Positions 49,304 through 59,809 are shown, counted from the stretch's first letter. The stretch: 64,000 bases of DNA from Treponemataceae bacterium (GCA_963677895.2 CAXXGJ010000006.1:288001-352000); one strand, 5' to 3'. Numbers and translations: made by a program. Notes: generated from the sequence alone by a model not told the origin.

Positions 49304-50428
49304 TTACCGCGAAGCGAAATCCGGCAGCGAGTCCGGGTTTTTGTATGGCCGAGACTGCTTAAGCCCCGTTTCTTCTAGCGTGAGGTCGCCGAAATAGCAA
49401 GTGAGCCCCCGCCGAAGATGGGCGTTTTCGCGCAGCGCTTTCAAGGCGCCCTTACCCGCGATCTGGAGGGCGTAGGGCAGGGTGGCGGAGGCCAACGCCG
49501 CCGTCGCGGAGGCGGAGAAGGCTGAAGGAATGTTGTCGACGCAATAATGCGCGATGCCTTCCTCGCGGTAAACCGGGTCATCGTGGGATGTCGCCCTGCA
49601 GGTCTCGATGGCGCCGCCTTCGTCGCAGGACACGTCGACGATCAGGGCCGAAGGTTTCATGCACCTGAGCATGTCGCGCGTAACGAGATGATCCTTGCGC
49701 GCCTTTGGCCAGAGAATGCAGTTCAGGAGCACGTCCGAGCGGGCCAGGCATTTCATGAGATTGTCGTGGTTAGAGTACAGGAACTCCACATTGGCCGGCA
49801 GGCGCGCCTTGGCGGCATCCATGCTCTCCTTCGAGATATCGAGGATGGTCACCCGATTGCCGAGTCCGGCGGCCATTTCGGCGGCCCCGAGCCCCGCGTT
49901 GCCCGCTCCTATTATCGTGATCTCCGGCGTCCGCACGCCCGAGACGCGGCCCAGAAGGATCCCGCATCCGCCGGCGACGCTCTGCATATGGTGGCAGGCC
50001 GCAAGGAAGCCGCCCTTTCCCGCGATTTCGCTCATGGGGGCAAGCAGGGGGAAGGCGCCCGACGCGTCGGTGATGTCCTCGTAAGCGATGCCGATGACTC
50101 CGGCCTCGAGCAGCTTGTCGGTCATCTCGCGGTGACCGTTCGAATGCAGATAGGTGAAGATGATCATGCCCTTCCGGAGATACTTGAATTCGGGCTCCAT
50201 GATCTCCTTGACCTTGTAGAGCATCTCGCAGTTTCGGTACAGGTTGTCCCTGTCGGTGATGAGGGCGCCGGCCTGCCGAAAATCCTCGTCGCTTATGGAG
50301 CTGCCGAGGCCGGCGCCCGGTTCGACGAGGACGCTGTGTCCCTTTCTCGCGAGTTCGGAAACCGTGCCGGGCGTGGCCGCGCAGCGGTACTCATTGTTCT
50401 TTATTTCTTTCGGGATGCCGATGACCAT
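49304..50428 (-). CDS. Alanine-dehydrogenase-like protein (copy 2)
   Basis: GIPKEIKNNEYR, KVKE, FTYLH, PLLAPMSEIAG, GAGNAG, DVSCDEGG, VDNIP. Confidence 0.88.
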   Translation of the reverse strand: MVIGIPKEIKNNEYRCAATPGTVSELARKGHSVLVEPGAGLGSSISDEDFRQAGALITDRDNLYRNCEMLYKVKEIMEPEFKYLRKGMIIFTYLHSNGHREMTDKLLEAGVIGIAYEDITDASGAFPLLAPMSEIAGKGGFLAACHHMQSVAGGCGILLGRVSGVRTPEITIIGAGNAGLGAAEMAAGLGNRVTILDISKESMDAAKARLPANVEFLYSNHDNLMKCLARSDVLLNCILWPKARKDHLVTRDMLRCMKPSALIVDVSCDEGGAIETCRATSHDDPVYREEGIAHYCVDNIPSAFSASATAALASATLPYALQIAGKGALKALRENAHLRRGLTCYFGDLTLEETGLKQSRPYKNPDSLPDFASR

Positions 50429-51600
50429 TATTGTTTTCCTTTAATGTAGTTCTCGGACCGCGTCGTGGTGGCGGGCGGGGCGGGGTCCAGCTTCCTGCCG
50501 GCGATGCCGAGCGCGTCTTCGGGCTTGATCCAGGGCTTGCCCTGGATGCCGCTCGCTTCCTCGTGCGTCAATAGGCCTTTGTAGGCGGTGAGGCTGCGCC
50601 TCAGGTAGCCGTCCCTCACGCAGGCTTCCGCGACGCCGTTGTTCAGGATGCTCCTGAAGTGAGGCAGCATCTCGGCCGCGTAGGCTATGGAGGTGGACTG
50701 CGCGATGGCGCCGGGAATGTTGCTGACGCAGTAGTGGACGACGCCGTTGACGACATAGCGCGGATTGTCGTGGTGGGTCTCATGGCTGCTCTCTATGGCT
50801 CCCGGATCGTCGTTGCTGATGTCCACCAGCACCGATCCAGGCTCCATGAGCTTGAGCATTTCCTTGTCGACGAGAAAATCCTTGCGCTGCTTGGGCCATT
50901 TCACGCAGTTGATGATGAGGTCGGTTTCGGGCAGGAGTTTGGCGATCACTTCCTTGGTGCAGAACATCGTGTTCACGCGCTCGTGGTACATGGGGCCGAT
51001 TTCGCGCAGGGCGGCGAGGTTGATGTCCAGGACGGTGACCCAGGCGCCGAGGCACTGGAGCACCTGGAGCGCCGATTTTCCCACGACGCCGGCGCCGAGA
51101 ATGACAGCCTTGATGCCGGGGGCCCCGGCGAGGCCGCTCACGAACTTGCCCTTGCCGCCGTTGATGGTGAGGAGGGATTCCAGGCCGAACAGCGCTCCCT
51201 GCTTGCCAGCGGCCTCGCAATTGGGCGAACCGTAGCGGTGGCTGTCCTCGGCGGTGAAGGCGATGACTTTTTTCTCCAGCAGGGCGTCCAGCTCTTCGGG
51301 GTGGCCTGCCGGATGGATGCAGGTGACGATGATCTGGCCCTCCCTGAGGAGTCCGTATTCGCTTTTCTCGATTTCCTTCACTTTCACGAGCATGTCGCAA
51401 CGGGCGTACATCTCTTCCATGGTTTCCACGATCTCCGCGCCGGCCGCCCTGTACCGCTCGTCGAAAAAGCCGCTGCCGGCGCCACAGTTCTTCTGCGCCA
51501 GCACCTTGTGGCCGTCGGCGACGATGGAAGCGACTTCCACGGGGGTCATCATGACGCGATTTTCGCCGGTCTTGATATCCTTCAGGACTCCAAAGGTCAT
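50428..51600 (-). CDS. Divergent alanine-dehydrogenase-like protein (copy 1)
   Basis: GVLKDIKTGENRV, KVKE, TCIHP, GAGVVG, DISND, VSNIPGA; start at the ATG at 51600. Confidence 0.85.
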   Translation of the reverse strand: MTFGVLKDIKTGENRVMMTPVEVASIVADGHKVLAQKNCGAGSGFFDERYRAAGAEIVETMEEMYARCDMLVKVKEIEKSEYGLLREGQIIVTCIHPAGHPEELDALLEKKVIAFTAEDSHRYGSPNCEAAGKQGALFGLESLLTINGGKGKFVSGLAGAPGIKAVILGAGVVGKSALQVLQCLGAWVTVLDINLAALREIGPMYHERVNTMFCTKEVIAKLLPETDLIINCVKWPKQRKDFLVDKEMLKLMEPGSVLVDISNDDPGAIESSHETHHDNPRYVVNGVVHYCVSNIPGAIAQSTSIAYAAEMLPHFRSILNNGVAEACVRDGYLRRSLTAYKGLLTHEEASGIQGKPWIKPEDALGIAGRKLDPAPPATTTRSENYIKGKQ

Positions 51601-51602
51601 GG

Positions 51603-52580
51603 TCACGCTCCTCTCTGTTTCATCAGGAAACAGGAAATATAGTGGTCGGGAGATATTTCTACCAGTTCGGGATCCGTGTGCACGCACTGCTCCATACAGT
51701 AATCGCAACGCTTCGCGAATCTGCAGCCAGGCTTCACGTTGATGGGGTTGCTGATCTCGCCCTTTATGAGGATGAATTCCTTGTTCCGCTTGGAAAAATC
51801 GGCTTCCGGTATGGCGCTGAGCAGCGCCTTGGTGTAGGGGTGCTGCGGATTTTCGAAGAGTTCGTCCGAGGGCGCCATCTCGGCGCACTTGCCGAGATAC
51901 ATGACCATGATCTTGTTCGAGATGTGCTTGACGACGCTCATGTCGTGCGTGACGAACATGTAGGTCAGCCCGAGCTCGTCCTCCAGGTCCATGAGCAGGT
52001 TCAGTATCTGCGCCTGGATGGAGACGTCGAGGGCAGAGACGGGCTCGTCGCAGACGATGAACTTGGGGTTCAGGGAGAGGGCCCGGGCGATTCCGACGCG
52101 CTGTCTGCGTCCGCCGTCCAGTTCGTGGGGATAAGAGTTCGCGTAGCGTCGAGCCAGGCCCACGAGGTCCATCAGCTCGGCGGCGCGGTTGTAAGTTTCC
52201 GCCCTTGTCTTGTACATCCTATGGATGAACATGTACTCCGCGATGACTTCTATCACGGATTTGCGCGGATCGATGCTCGAATAGGGATCCTGGAATATGA
52301 TCTGCAGGTCCTTGCGCATCTCGCGCATCTTTCTCGGACTGAGGTCCAGGATGTTCTGTCCGTTGTAGAAGACGGCGCCCGAGGTCGGATCGATCAGCCT
52401 GAGTATGGATCTTCCCAGGGTGCTCTTGCCGCAGCCCGATTCGCCCACCACGCCCACGGTCTCGCGCGGATAAATTTTGAGGTTTATCCCGTCCACGGCG
52501 TGCAGCAGGTCACCGCCCTTCAGCTTGAACAGCTTTCTCAGGTCCTTTATCTCGATCAATGGTACTCTGTTGTCGTTCAT
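51603..52580 (-). CDS. ABC ATPase, DppF-like
   Basis: [27 protein letters not shown]. Confidence 0.93.
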   Translation of the reverse strand: MNDNRVPLIEIKDLRKLFKLKGGDLLHAVDGINLKIYPRETVGVVGESGCGKSTLGRSILRLIDPTSGAVFYNGQNILDLSPRKMREMRKDLQIIFQDPYSSIDPRKSVIEVIAEYMFIHRMYKTRAETYNRAAELMDLVGLARRYANSYPHELDGGRRQRVGIARALSLNPKFIVCDEPVSALDVSIQAQILNLLMDLEDELGLTYMFVTHDMSVVKHISNKIMVMYLGKCAEMAPSDELFENPQHPYTKALLSAIPEADFSKRNKEFILIKGEISNPINVKPGCRFAKRCDYCMEQCVHTDPELVEISPDHYISCFLMKQRGA

Positions 52581-53581
52581 GGTTTCAGCCCCGTCTCTTC
52601 AGGTCGCGCCGAGCCTTGATCGAACAAATGGCAGCGCAGGGAATGTGTCCCGAAGCGGATGCTCTCCGGGTGAACCTTCGCGCAGATATCCATGCGGTAT
52701 TTGCACCTCGGTTCGAAGCAGCAGCCCTCCGGCAGGTTGGAGGGATCGGGCATCAGGCCGGGGATGGGATTGAGGCGAGCCGAGCGCGAGGAGAGGCTCG
52801 GGATGGAGCCGAACAGGCCTTCCGTGTACGGATGGTGCTTTTTCCCTAGGAAGAGGTCCTCGACGCTGCCCGCCTCGACGATCTCGCCCGCGTACATCAC
52901 CGCCACGTCGTCGCAGATTTTCGCGACGATGCCCAGATTGTGGGTAATCATGAGCATCGAGGTGCCGAGGCGATTCCTCAGTTCCTTTATCATCATGAGT
53001 ACTTGGGCCTGGATCGTGACGTCGAGGGCTGTCGTCGGCTCGTCCGCTATGAGCAGTTCCGGCTCGCAAGCCAGCGCCATCGCTATCACCACGCGCTGTT
53101 TCATCCCGCCTGAAAACTGGTGCGGATAGTCTATTTTCCTCGAAGGCAGAATTCCCACCAGCGAAAGGATCTCCTCCACGCGTTTTTGGATATCTTCTTT
53201 GCCCATCTTCTCGTTATGCAGCTCGATCGCCTCGGCGATCTGGTCGCCCACCGAGATGACGGGATTCAGGCTCGTCATGGGGTCCTGGAAAACCATGGCG
53301 ATCTTGGCTCCGCGGATCTCGCGCATCTTGGCTTCTTCCAGGCCGAGGATGTCGAGGTCGTGGAATCGTATGGATCCTTTGAGGACCCTGCCCGTGTTGC
53401 TTGGGAGCAGCCGCAGGATGGACAGGGCGGTCGTCGTCTTGCCCGCGCCCGTTTCACCCACAAGTCCCAGGGTCTTGCCCACGCCTATCTTCAGATCTAT
53501 GCCGTTGACCGCCCTGATCGTTTCCAGGTCGGTTTTATAGACGACGGTCAAGTCCTCGATATCCAGAATTGTTTCGCTCAT
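52577..53581 (-). CDS. ABC ATPase, DppD-like
   Basis: [22 protein letters not shown]. Confidence 0.93.
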   Translation of the reverse strand: MSETILDIEDLTVVYKTDLETIRAVNGIDLKIGVGKTLGLVGETGAGKTTTALSILRLLPSNTGRVLKGSIRFHDLDILGLEEAKMREIRGAKIAMVFQDPMTSLNPVISVGDQIAEAIELHNEKMGKEDIQKRVEEILSLVGILPSRKIDYPHQFSGGMKQRVVIAMALACEPELLIADEPTTALDVTIQAQVLMMIKELRNRLGTSMLMITHNLGIVAKICDDVAVMYAGEIVEAGSVEDLFLGKKHHPYTEGLFGSIPSLSSRSARLNPIPGLMPDPSNLPEGCCFEPRCKYRMDICAKVHPESIRFGTHSLRCHLFDQGSARPEETGLKP

Positions 53582-53611
53582 ACCTGTGCATTCCCTTCAA
53601 TGAATCGCGGA

Positions 53612-54580
53612 TCAGGACTTCAGATGCGGATCCAGCGCATCCCGCAGGCCATCGCCGATGAGGTTGACCGAACAGGCGGTCAGGACGATCGCCAGCGCGG
53701 GGAAGAACATGAGATAGGGCGCGTTGCGCATGTATTCGCGGGCGTCCGAAAGAAGCAGGCCCCATTCGGGCGCGGGCGGCGGCATGCCCAGCCCCAGGAA
53801 GCTCAAGGTCGATTCGTACAGGATGATCTTCGCGACGTTGAGCGTCGTGTTGACGATGATGACGCCCATGGCGTTGGGCAGGATGTGGCTCAGGATTATG
53901 CGTGCGCTGCCGGATCCGCCCGCCCTGGCCGCTTCCACGTAATCCAGCTCGGCCAGATTGAGCACCTGCGAACGGACGAGGCGAACGTAGTTCGTGAAGT
54001 AGGCCAGCGTCAGGGCGAAGAGGAGGTTTGTGAAGCTGGATCCCAGGGCGAATACCACGGCCATGGTGAAAAGAATGTCCGGTATGGACATGAAGATGTC
54101 CAGGGACCTCATGATGAGGCTGTCGATCTTTCCGCCGAAGTAGCCCGCTATGGCGCCGAGCGTGCTGCCCAGTATGCAGGATGACATCGTCGCCAGGAGC
54201 GCGACGATCAGCGACATCCTGCCGCCGTGGATGATGCGCGCGAAAAGGTCGCGGCCGAAAGCGTCCGTTCCCAGCAAATGAGCCGCCGATGGGGGAGAAA
54301 GCTTGTTGGCGAGCTGCTGTTTGGTGGCCATGCTATAGGGGGTAATGAAATTGGCGCAGAGGAGCACGAGGAAAATGGCGGTGAACATGACGAGGCCGAT
54401 GACGGCCCCCTTGCTTTTCTTGAATCGGCGCCAGATTTCCTTGGTCTGGCTCTGTTTCTTGAAGAGGCTGCTTTCCGCGGCGCCGTTCGGGATTCCATTC
54501 GTGACCCCGGCGCCGTTCGCGGCCACGGCTCCGTCCGCGGTTCCATTCCCTCGATTGTCCGTTGTTTTTATTTCCATCAT
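53612..54580 (-). CDS. ABC permease, DppC-like
   Basis: LGTDAFGRD, DYVEAARAGG, NLIGDGLRDALDP. Confidence 0.93.
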   Translation of the reverse strand: MMEIKTTDNRGNGTADGAVAANGAGVTNGIPNGAAESSLFKKQSQTKEIWRRFKKSKGAVIGLVMFTAIFLVLLCANFITPYSMATKQQLANKLSPPSAAHLLGTDAFGRDLFARIIHGGRMSLIVALLATMSSCILGSTLGAIAGYFGGKIDSLIMRSLDIFMSIPDILFTMAVVFALGSSFTNLLFALTLAYFTNYVRLVRSQVLNLAELDYVEAARAGGSGSARIILSHILPNAMGVIIVNTTLNVAKIILYESTLSFLGLGMPPPAPEWGLLLSDAREYMRNAPYLMFFPALAIVLTACSVNLIGDGLRDALDPHLKS

Positions 54581-54581
54581 A

Positions 54582-55523
54582 TCAACCCTTTGTCCTGGCG
54601 TACTTGGCCCTTATCCGCGGGTCGATGTAGGCGTAGATCAAGTCGACGATCAGCATGACGACCATGAAGCAGATGGCGATGAGTATGGTGCCCGCGATGA
54701 TGACGGGCTCGTCCTTGTAGGTGATGCGGTCGACGATCAGGCTGCCGATGCCGGGAATCGAGAAGAGTTTTTCGGCGACGACGGCTCCGGCGATGAGGCT
54801 GCCGAGACTCAAGCCTATGTTGGTGATGACCGGCAGCAGCGCGTTCTTGAGCGCGTGTTTCCAGATGACGACGTTCTCGGGAGCGCCTTTGGCGCGGGCG
54901 GTGCGCACGTAATCCTGCCGTATGGATTCCAGCATGGACGATTTCGTGAACCGCATGTTCATCGCGGCCGGCGGAACCGAGATGGCCAGCGCCGGCATGA
55001 TGTAGTTCTTGAATGAGCTGATGCCATAGGAAGGCAGCCAGTTGAGCTTCAGCGAAAAGAAGAAGAGAAGCAGCATGCCCAGCACGAAGGAGGGGATAGC
55101 CGCGATCAGGAAGGCGATGATGGAAGGGATGGTGTCCCACAGCGAATACTGCTTTACCGCCGCGTAGATGCCCAAGGGAATCCCGATCATGGCCGAAAGG
55201 AAGACGCCCATCAGCGCGAGCTTGATGGTAATAAGGTAGCGCGGCCATATCTCGTCGAACACCGATTGTTTCGTGAAATAGGAGGTGCCGAAATCGCGGT
55301 TCACCACCATGTTCTTGACATAGTTGACGTACTTTTTGAGAAAGGGCTGATCGTAGCCCAACTCGTGGTTGAGCTGATCGACGTCAGCCTGAGGAGCCGA
55401 TACGCCAAGCAAGGCTCGCGCCGGATCGCCGGGAGTGATGTTTCCCACAAGGAAGATGATGAAGATGACGCCCAGAATCGTGGGTATGAGAAATAGGATT
55501 CTCTTGATTATGTATCTGTACAT
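54582..55523 (-). CDS. ABC permease, DppB-like
   Basis: DFGTSY, QDYVRTARAKG, HALKNALLP. Confidence 0.93.
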   Translation of the reverse strand: MYRYIIKRILFLIPTILGVIFIIFLVGNITPGDPARALLGVSAPQADVDQLNHELGYDQPFLKKYVNYVKNMVVNRDFGTSYFTKQSVFDEIWPRYLITIKLALMGVFLSAMIGIPLGIYAAVKQYSLWDTIPSIIAFLIAAIPSFVLGMLLLFFFSLKLNWLPSYGISSFKNYIMPALAISVPPAAMNMRFTKSSMLESIRQDYVRTARAKGAPENVVIWKHALKNALLPVITNIGLSLGSLIAGAVVAEKLFSIPGIGSLIVDRITYKDEPVIIAGTILIAICFMVVMLIVDLIYAYIDPRIRAKYARTKG

Positions 55524-55555
55524 CTAAAGCTCCATGCGGTCCGCACCATAAAGTA

Positions 55556-55597
55556 TCAGGGCATTCCCGCGCCGGATGCGGCGCGAAAACGCCCTGA
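55556..55597. other. Intercistronic stem-loop after the binding-protein gene
   Basis: TCAGGGC..CGCGCCG-GATG-CGGCGCG..GCCCTGA. Confidence 0.55.
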
Positions 55598-55658
55598 ATT
55601 CTCCGTAGTGCCGATTCTACAATACGGTTCAATCAATCTTCAAGCCTGTCGTTCCAGG

Positions 55659-57200
55659 CTATTTCCTGCTGAACGTGCGCACCTTGTAGTACGTGGGAAC
55701 GGGCTGGCCGATGTTCAGGCTCTTGGACCACACGATGCCCACAGGTCTGTGCAGGCAGGGCAGGATCGTCGCGGAATCCATGACGATTGTCCAGAGTTCG
55801 GTGTAGTAGCCGCGGCGTTTCGCGACGTCGACCGTGGACACGCCGAGGTCGACGAGCTCTTCGAGCCGTTTCCAGTTGAAGGGGCCGTCCTTGTATTTGA
55901 CGACGTACATGCCGGTGGACTCGCTGTGAACCTGCTGACGGATGTTGTTGTAGTCGTAGTTGCCCGAGTCGGCGAACACGCAAATGTCATAGTTCTGCGT
56001 ATAGAGTTTCGGGGTCACGACGGCGGCTTCCATGACCGATACCGCGGCGGTGATCCCGACGTCGGCGAGGTTGGCCTGGAGAACCTGGGCCATCTTGGAG
56101 TTGTTGGAGGTGCTGGCGCCGTAGGTCAGAATGGTTCCGACATCGAGTCCCTTGGGGTAGCCCGCTTCGGCGAGCAGCTTCTTGGAAAGCTCCGGGTTGA
56201 AATCGTAGGTCTTGAATCCGTCCACGGGCGAAGTCGCCACGTATTCGGAGGGCATGTACTGCGTCGCTTCGATTCCGTAGCCGTCGCAGACCGCGAGATT
56301 GATGTCGTGCTTGTTGATGGCGTAGAAAATGGCCTCGCGCACTTTCTGGTTGGCGAGCGCCTTTTTCGGGGAAAGATAATTCACGGCCATGAACATTATG
56401 TTATTGCCCTTGATCAGCTTTCCGTTGTCGCCGGCGACTTTCGAGATCGACTTCCACGCCGAGAGGGGAACGTCTTCGAAGTAATCCAGCTCGCCGTTTT
56501 CGTAGGCGATGACCGCGGCGGTCTCGTCGGAAATGACGGCGTATTCGATATTCTTGATGGCGGGCGCGCCTCTCCAGTAACCCTCGAAGGCCTGGAGTTT
56601 GACGCCGGTGGCGATGTTGTATTCGGTGACAAAGTAGGCGCCGGTGCCGGCTTTGTTCGGGATGGTGCCGAACTTGGATCCCTGGGCCGTGACTTCCTTC
56701 TCGCTCAATATCTTGATGCAGAAGAACGTATGGCCGATCGGGGAATAAGGTTTATCCAAGGTGATCCTGACGGTGTTGTCATCGACCGCTTCAACTTTCT
56801 CGATCATCGAGGTCAGGTAATTAAACCTGGAATTCTTCATGGCGCGCTTGTAGCTGAACGCGACATCGGAGGCCTTCAGGGGATCGCCGTTCTGGAATTT
56901 CACGCCGTCCACGAGATCGATGGTGTACACTTTCTGATCTTTGCTGACGTCGATTTTCTTGGCGAGTTCCATGTAGTAGCCATTCTTGGATTCGTCCATG
57001 CCATAGAGGCCTTCGTACATCTGATGCCAGACTTTCATGTCTCGAGTGTTCGTGGTCTGTTCCCAGTCGAGCGATGCCAGCGATGCGATCAGCCTGAGCT
57101 TGAGGGGTTTGTCCTTCGCGCCCTGAGCCCAGCCCGTCAGCGTCCCAAACGCAAGCAATACCGCGATAATCAGCAAGATTCCGAGAGATCTCTTTCTCAT
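55659..57200 (-). CDS. Peptide/opine/nickel ABC substrate-binding protein (family 5)
   Basis: Signal peptide MRKRSLG..; GVKFQNGDPLKASDV, AGTGAY, KKLLAEAGYP. Confidence 0.92.
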   Translation of the reverse strand: MRKRSLGILLIIAVLLAFGTLTGWAQGAKDKPLKLRLIASLASLDWEQTTNTRDMKVWHQMYEGLYGMDESKNGYYMELAKKIDVSKDQKVYTIDLVDGVKFQNGDPLKASDVAFSYKRAMKNSRFNYLTSMIEKVEAVDDNTVRITLDKPYSPIGHTFFCIKILSEKEVTAQGSKFGTIPNKAGTGAYFVTEYNIATGVKLQAFEGYWRGAPAIKNIEYAVISDETAAVIAYENGELDYFEDVPLSAWKSISKVAGDNGKLIKGNNIMFMAVNYLSPKKALANQKVREAIFYAINKHDINLAVCDGYGIEATQYMPSEYVATSPVDGFKTYDFNPELSKKLLAEAGYPKGLDVGTILTYGASTSNNSKMAQVLQANLADVGITAAVSVMEAAVVTPKLYTQNYDICVFADSGNYDYNNIRQQVHSESTGMYVVKYKDGPFNWKRLEELVDLGVSTVDVAKRRGYYTELWTIVMDSATILPCLHRPVGIVWSKSLNIGQPVPTYYKVRTFSRK

Positions 57201-57245
57201 TGAATTCTCCTCTTGTCGTGGTGAAAGATGTGGCCTTACTTTTGC

Positions 57246-57273
57246 ATGATACACTGTTTTTTTTGTATGTCAA
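57246..57273 (-). promoter_or_regulatory. Sigma70 promoter of the second ABC operon
   Basis: TTGACA-16 nt-TATCAT on the minus strand. Confidence 0.7.
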
Positions 57274-57388
57274 AGCAATTAGCTCATCAATCCCTGATGT
57301 TAAGCGATCCGGACCACGCAATCCGCGCCAAAAAAAACGCCTTTGACGGAAACTTTCGCAATCGATCCATCCATGATACTGTGCGGAC

Positions 57389-58396
57389 ATGACGAAAAAT
57401 AACTTCTATTACTATTCGCCGAATGGCGCGGTGATCGACGCGCATACCCGCGAGAATGCCTTGAGCCTGAAAAAGGAAGGTGGGTTCGTCTGGCTCGCCT
57501 ATGTCTCGCCGGACAAGGCCGATCTCGATCCACTGGTCGCCGAGCTCGGTATTCATCCTCTCTCCATAGAGGATTGTTTCGATGAGGATTACCTCCCGAA
57601 AATCGATATATTCACCGATTACACGGGAATCCTGTTCAACGATTTCCTCGCCGGAAACGAGACTTTGGGCATCAGGGAAGTCAATTTTTTCCTCGGGAAG
57701 GATTTTCTTGTCTCGGTCATCAGGGATGGATGCGCGGATCTCTACCGTTGCGAGGATATTCTCGACGAACTCGCCGTCGATGCCGCGAAACCGGTTCGGG
57801 GACCGGCGCGCGTCCTGTACGCGCTTCTCGATAGAATGATCGACAATAAATTCGGGGCCGTCGAGAAGGTGGGAGACCGGATATCGGGGTTCGAGGATTT
57901 GATTCTCACCCAAAGCGGCCCCGTCGACAACGCGGAGCTGCACGGTATAAGGCAGAACCTGATGGTCATGCGCAAGAGCCTCTTTCATGAGCGCGAAATA
58001 TTGGTGAGGATATGCAGGCACGACAGCCCCCTCATTAAGGAAGGGGATCTGGCCTATTTCAGCGACCTTTACGATCATCTGGCGAAGTTCGTGGAAATCG
58101 TGGAATCCAACCGCGAGACGGTGACGAATCTCGTGCAGATCCAGCTTTCGTTGACGAGCAACGCGATGGCCGAGTCGTCGAACCGCACCAACCACTCAGT
58201 GAATCGCCTAACGTTGATCACGACGATATTCATGCCGCTCAGCCTGATCGCCGGGATCGGCGGCATGTCCGAACTGACGATGATAGCCGGAGCGGAAAAC
58301 TGGAAAATCGTGTATCCGATCCTCCTCGGCGTCATGGCCTTGATGGGCATCGCCAACTACGCGTTCTTGAAATGGCTGGACAACAGGAGATCCTGA
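57389..58396 (+). CDS. corA: CorA-family divalent cation transporter
   Basis: IHPLSIED, PKID, YFSDLYDH, LTLITTIFMPLSLIAGIGGMS. Confidence 0.88.
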   Translation: MTKNNFYYYSPNGAVIDAHTRENALSLKKEGGFVWLAYVSPDKADLDPLVAELGIHPLSIEDCFDEDYLPKIDIFTDYTGILFNDFLAGNETLGIREVNFFLGKDFLVSVIRDGCADLYRCEDILDELAVDAAKPVRGPARVLYALLDRMIDNKFGAVEKVGDRISGFEDLILTQSGPVDNAELHGIRQNLMVMRKSLFHEREILVRICRHDSPLIKEGDLAYFSDLYDHLAKFVEIVESNRETVTNLVQIQLSLTSNAMAESSNRTNHSVNRLTLITTIFMPLSLIAGIGGMSELTMIAGAENWKIVYPILLGVMALMGIANYAFLKWLDNRRS

Positions 58397-59700
58397 TGGA
58401 AGCGGTAAAAAAGTTCGACATGGCGAAAAAGCCCGTCAAGCAGCGATGGTTCCTGACGCCGGTAGCCTGGCTTTTGAGTTTTCCCGAAATTCTTCAGCGG
58501 AAGCTGAAGATCACGAAAATCAATATGGAGGGAGTGAAACCTCCATATCTGCTTTTATCCAACCATATGGCCTTCGTCGATTTCAAGGTGACGACGCGGG
58601 CCATCTTCCCCCATCGCGCCAACTACGTGGTGGCGATCGATGGCTTTCTCAAAGGCGAATGGTTGCTCAGGCAGGTCGGATGCATCTGCAAGCGAAAATT
58701 CACCAACGATATTCTTCTCGTCAGGCAGATGAAGCATTCGCTGCAGGAACACAAGACTATCGTGGCGCTGTACCCCGAGGCGCGGTATTCCTATTGCGGA
58801 ACAACCTCTGTCCTGCCCGATTCCCTCGGCAAACTCATCAAGCTGTTCAAGGTGCCGGTCGTCGTGCTGACGCAGCATGGAAATTATCTGTCCCAGCCGG
58901 TGTGGAATCTCGAGAAAAGAAAGTGCGGGCTGGAAGCGACGATGGAGCGGCTCTATACGGCGGAACAAATCGAGGCGGCAAGCGTCGACGAGATAAACCG
59001 GAAAGTGAACGCCGCCTTCCGGTACGACGAATACCGCTGGCAGAAGGACAATGCCGTCGCCATCGATTTCCCGAACCGGGCCAAGGGACTCCACCATATT
59101 CTCTATCAATGCCCCCACTGCCTGACCGAATCCAGGATGAACTCCGACAAGAACGAGCTATGGTGCGAGCATTGCCACAAGCGCTGGACGATGAGCGAAC
59201 TCGGGGAACTGTCCGCCGTCGAGGGCGCGACCGAATACTCCCATATTCCCGATTGGTTCGAATTCGAGCGGAGGATGGTCCGCAGGCAAATCGAGGAGGG
59301 GGCATACTTTTTCAAAGACAGGGTCATGGTCGATTCCCTGCCCAACGCAAAGGGCTACATCCGTCTTGGCGAGGCAACCCTGACGCATTCCTCCGAAGGT
59401 TTCGTCCTGGAAAAGCTGGAAGGAGACAGGCAATTCCGCCTGGAAAAGAAACCCTCGTCGCTCTACAGCCTCCACATCGAATTCGATTATTTCGGAAAGG
59501 GCGACTGCCTGGACTTGTCCACCATCGAGGATACTTTCTATCTCTATCCCCTCACCGCTAAAAACGCGGTCACCAAGCTGCAGTTCGCGGTGGAGGAAAT
59601 GTACAAGTTCCAGGAAAAGAGAAGAATCGGCGAAATGTCGGACAGGAAGGCGGAGGCGAACGAGACAGCCGCGGTCTACGAGACGGCCGCGGCAATGTAG
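58396..59700 (+). CDS. Lysophospholipid acyltransferase (PlsC-like) with a Zn-ribbon insertion
   Basis: SNHMAFVD (HX4D), LYPEAR, CPHC...CEHC; TGATG overlap with corA. Confidence 0.85.
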   Translation: MEAVKKFDMAKKPVKQRWFLTPVAWLLSFPEILQRKLKITKINMEGVKPPYLLLSNHMAFVDFKVTTRAIFPHRANYVVAIDGFLKGEWLLRQVGCICKRKFTNDILLVRQMKHSLQEHKTIVALYPEARYSYCGTTSVLPDSLGKLIKLFKVPVVVLTQHGNYLSQPVWNLEKRKCGLEATMERLYTAEQIEAASVDEINRKVNAAFRYDEYRWQKDNAVAIDFPNRAKGLHHILYQCPHCLTESRMNSDKNELWCEHCHKRWTMSELGELSAVEGATEYSHIPDWFEFERRMVRRQIEEGAYFFKDRVMVDSLPNAKGYIRLGEATLTHSSEGFVLEKLEGDRQFRLEKKPSSLYSLHIEFDYFGKGDCLDLSTIEDTFYLYPLTAKNAVTKLQFAVEEMYKFQEKRRIGEMSDRKAEANETAAVYETAAAM

Positions 59701-59809
59701 ATAATTTTTCATCGATATGTTGGGTGTTTCTCGAGGTTTGTGCTATCTTTTGCCTAAAGCGTGTCCGCTCAGGACAGCTACGTCTGAATCCGCCCGAACG
59801 GGGGATAGC

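Noticed and set aside
54470..54550. Short NG-rich repeats at the DppC N-terminus
   Set aside because: Low-complexity linker with no functional signal.
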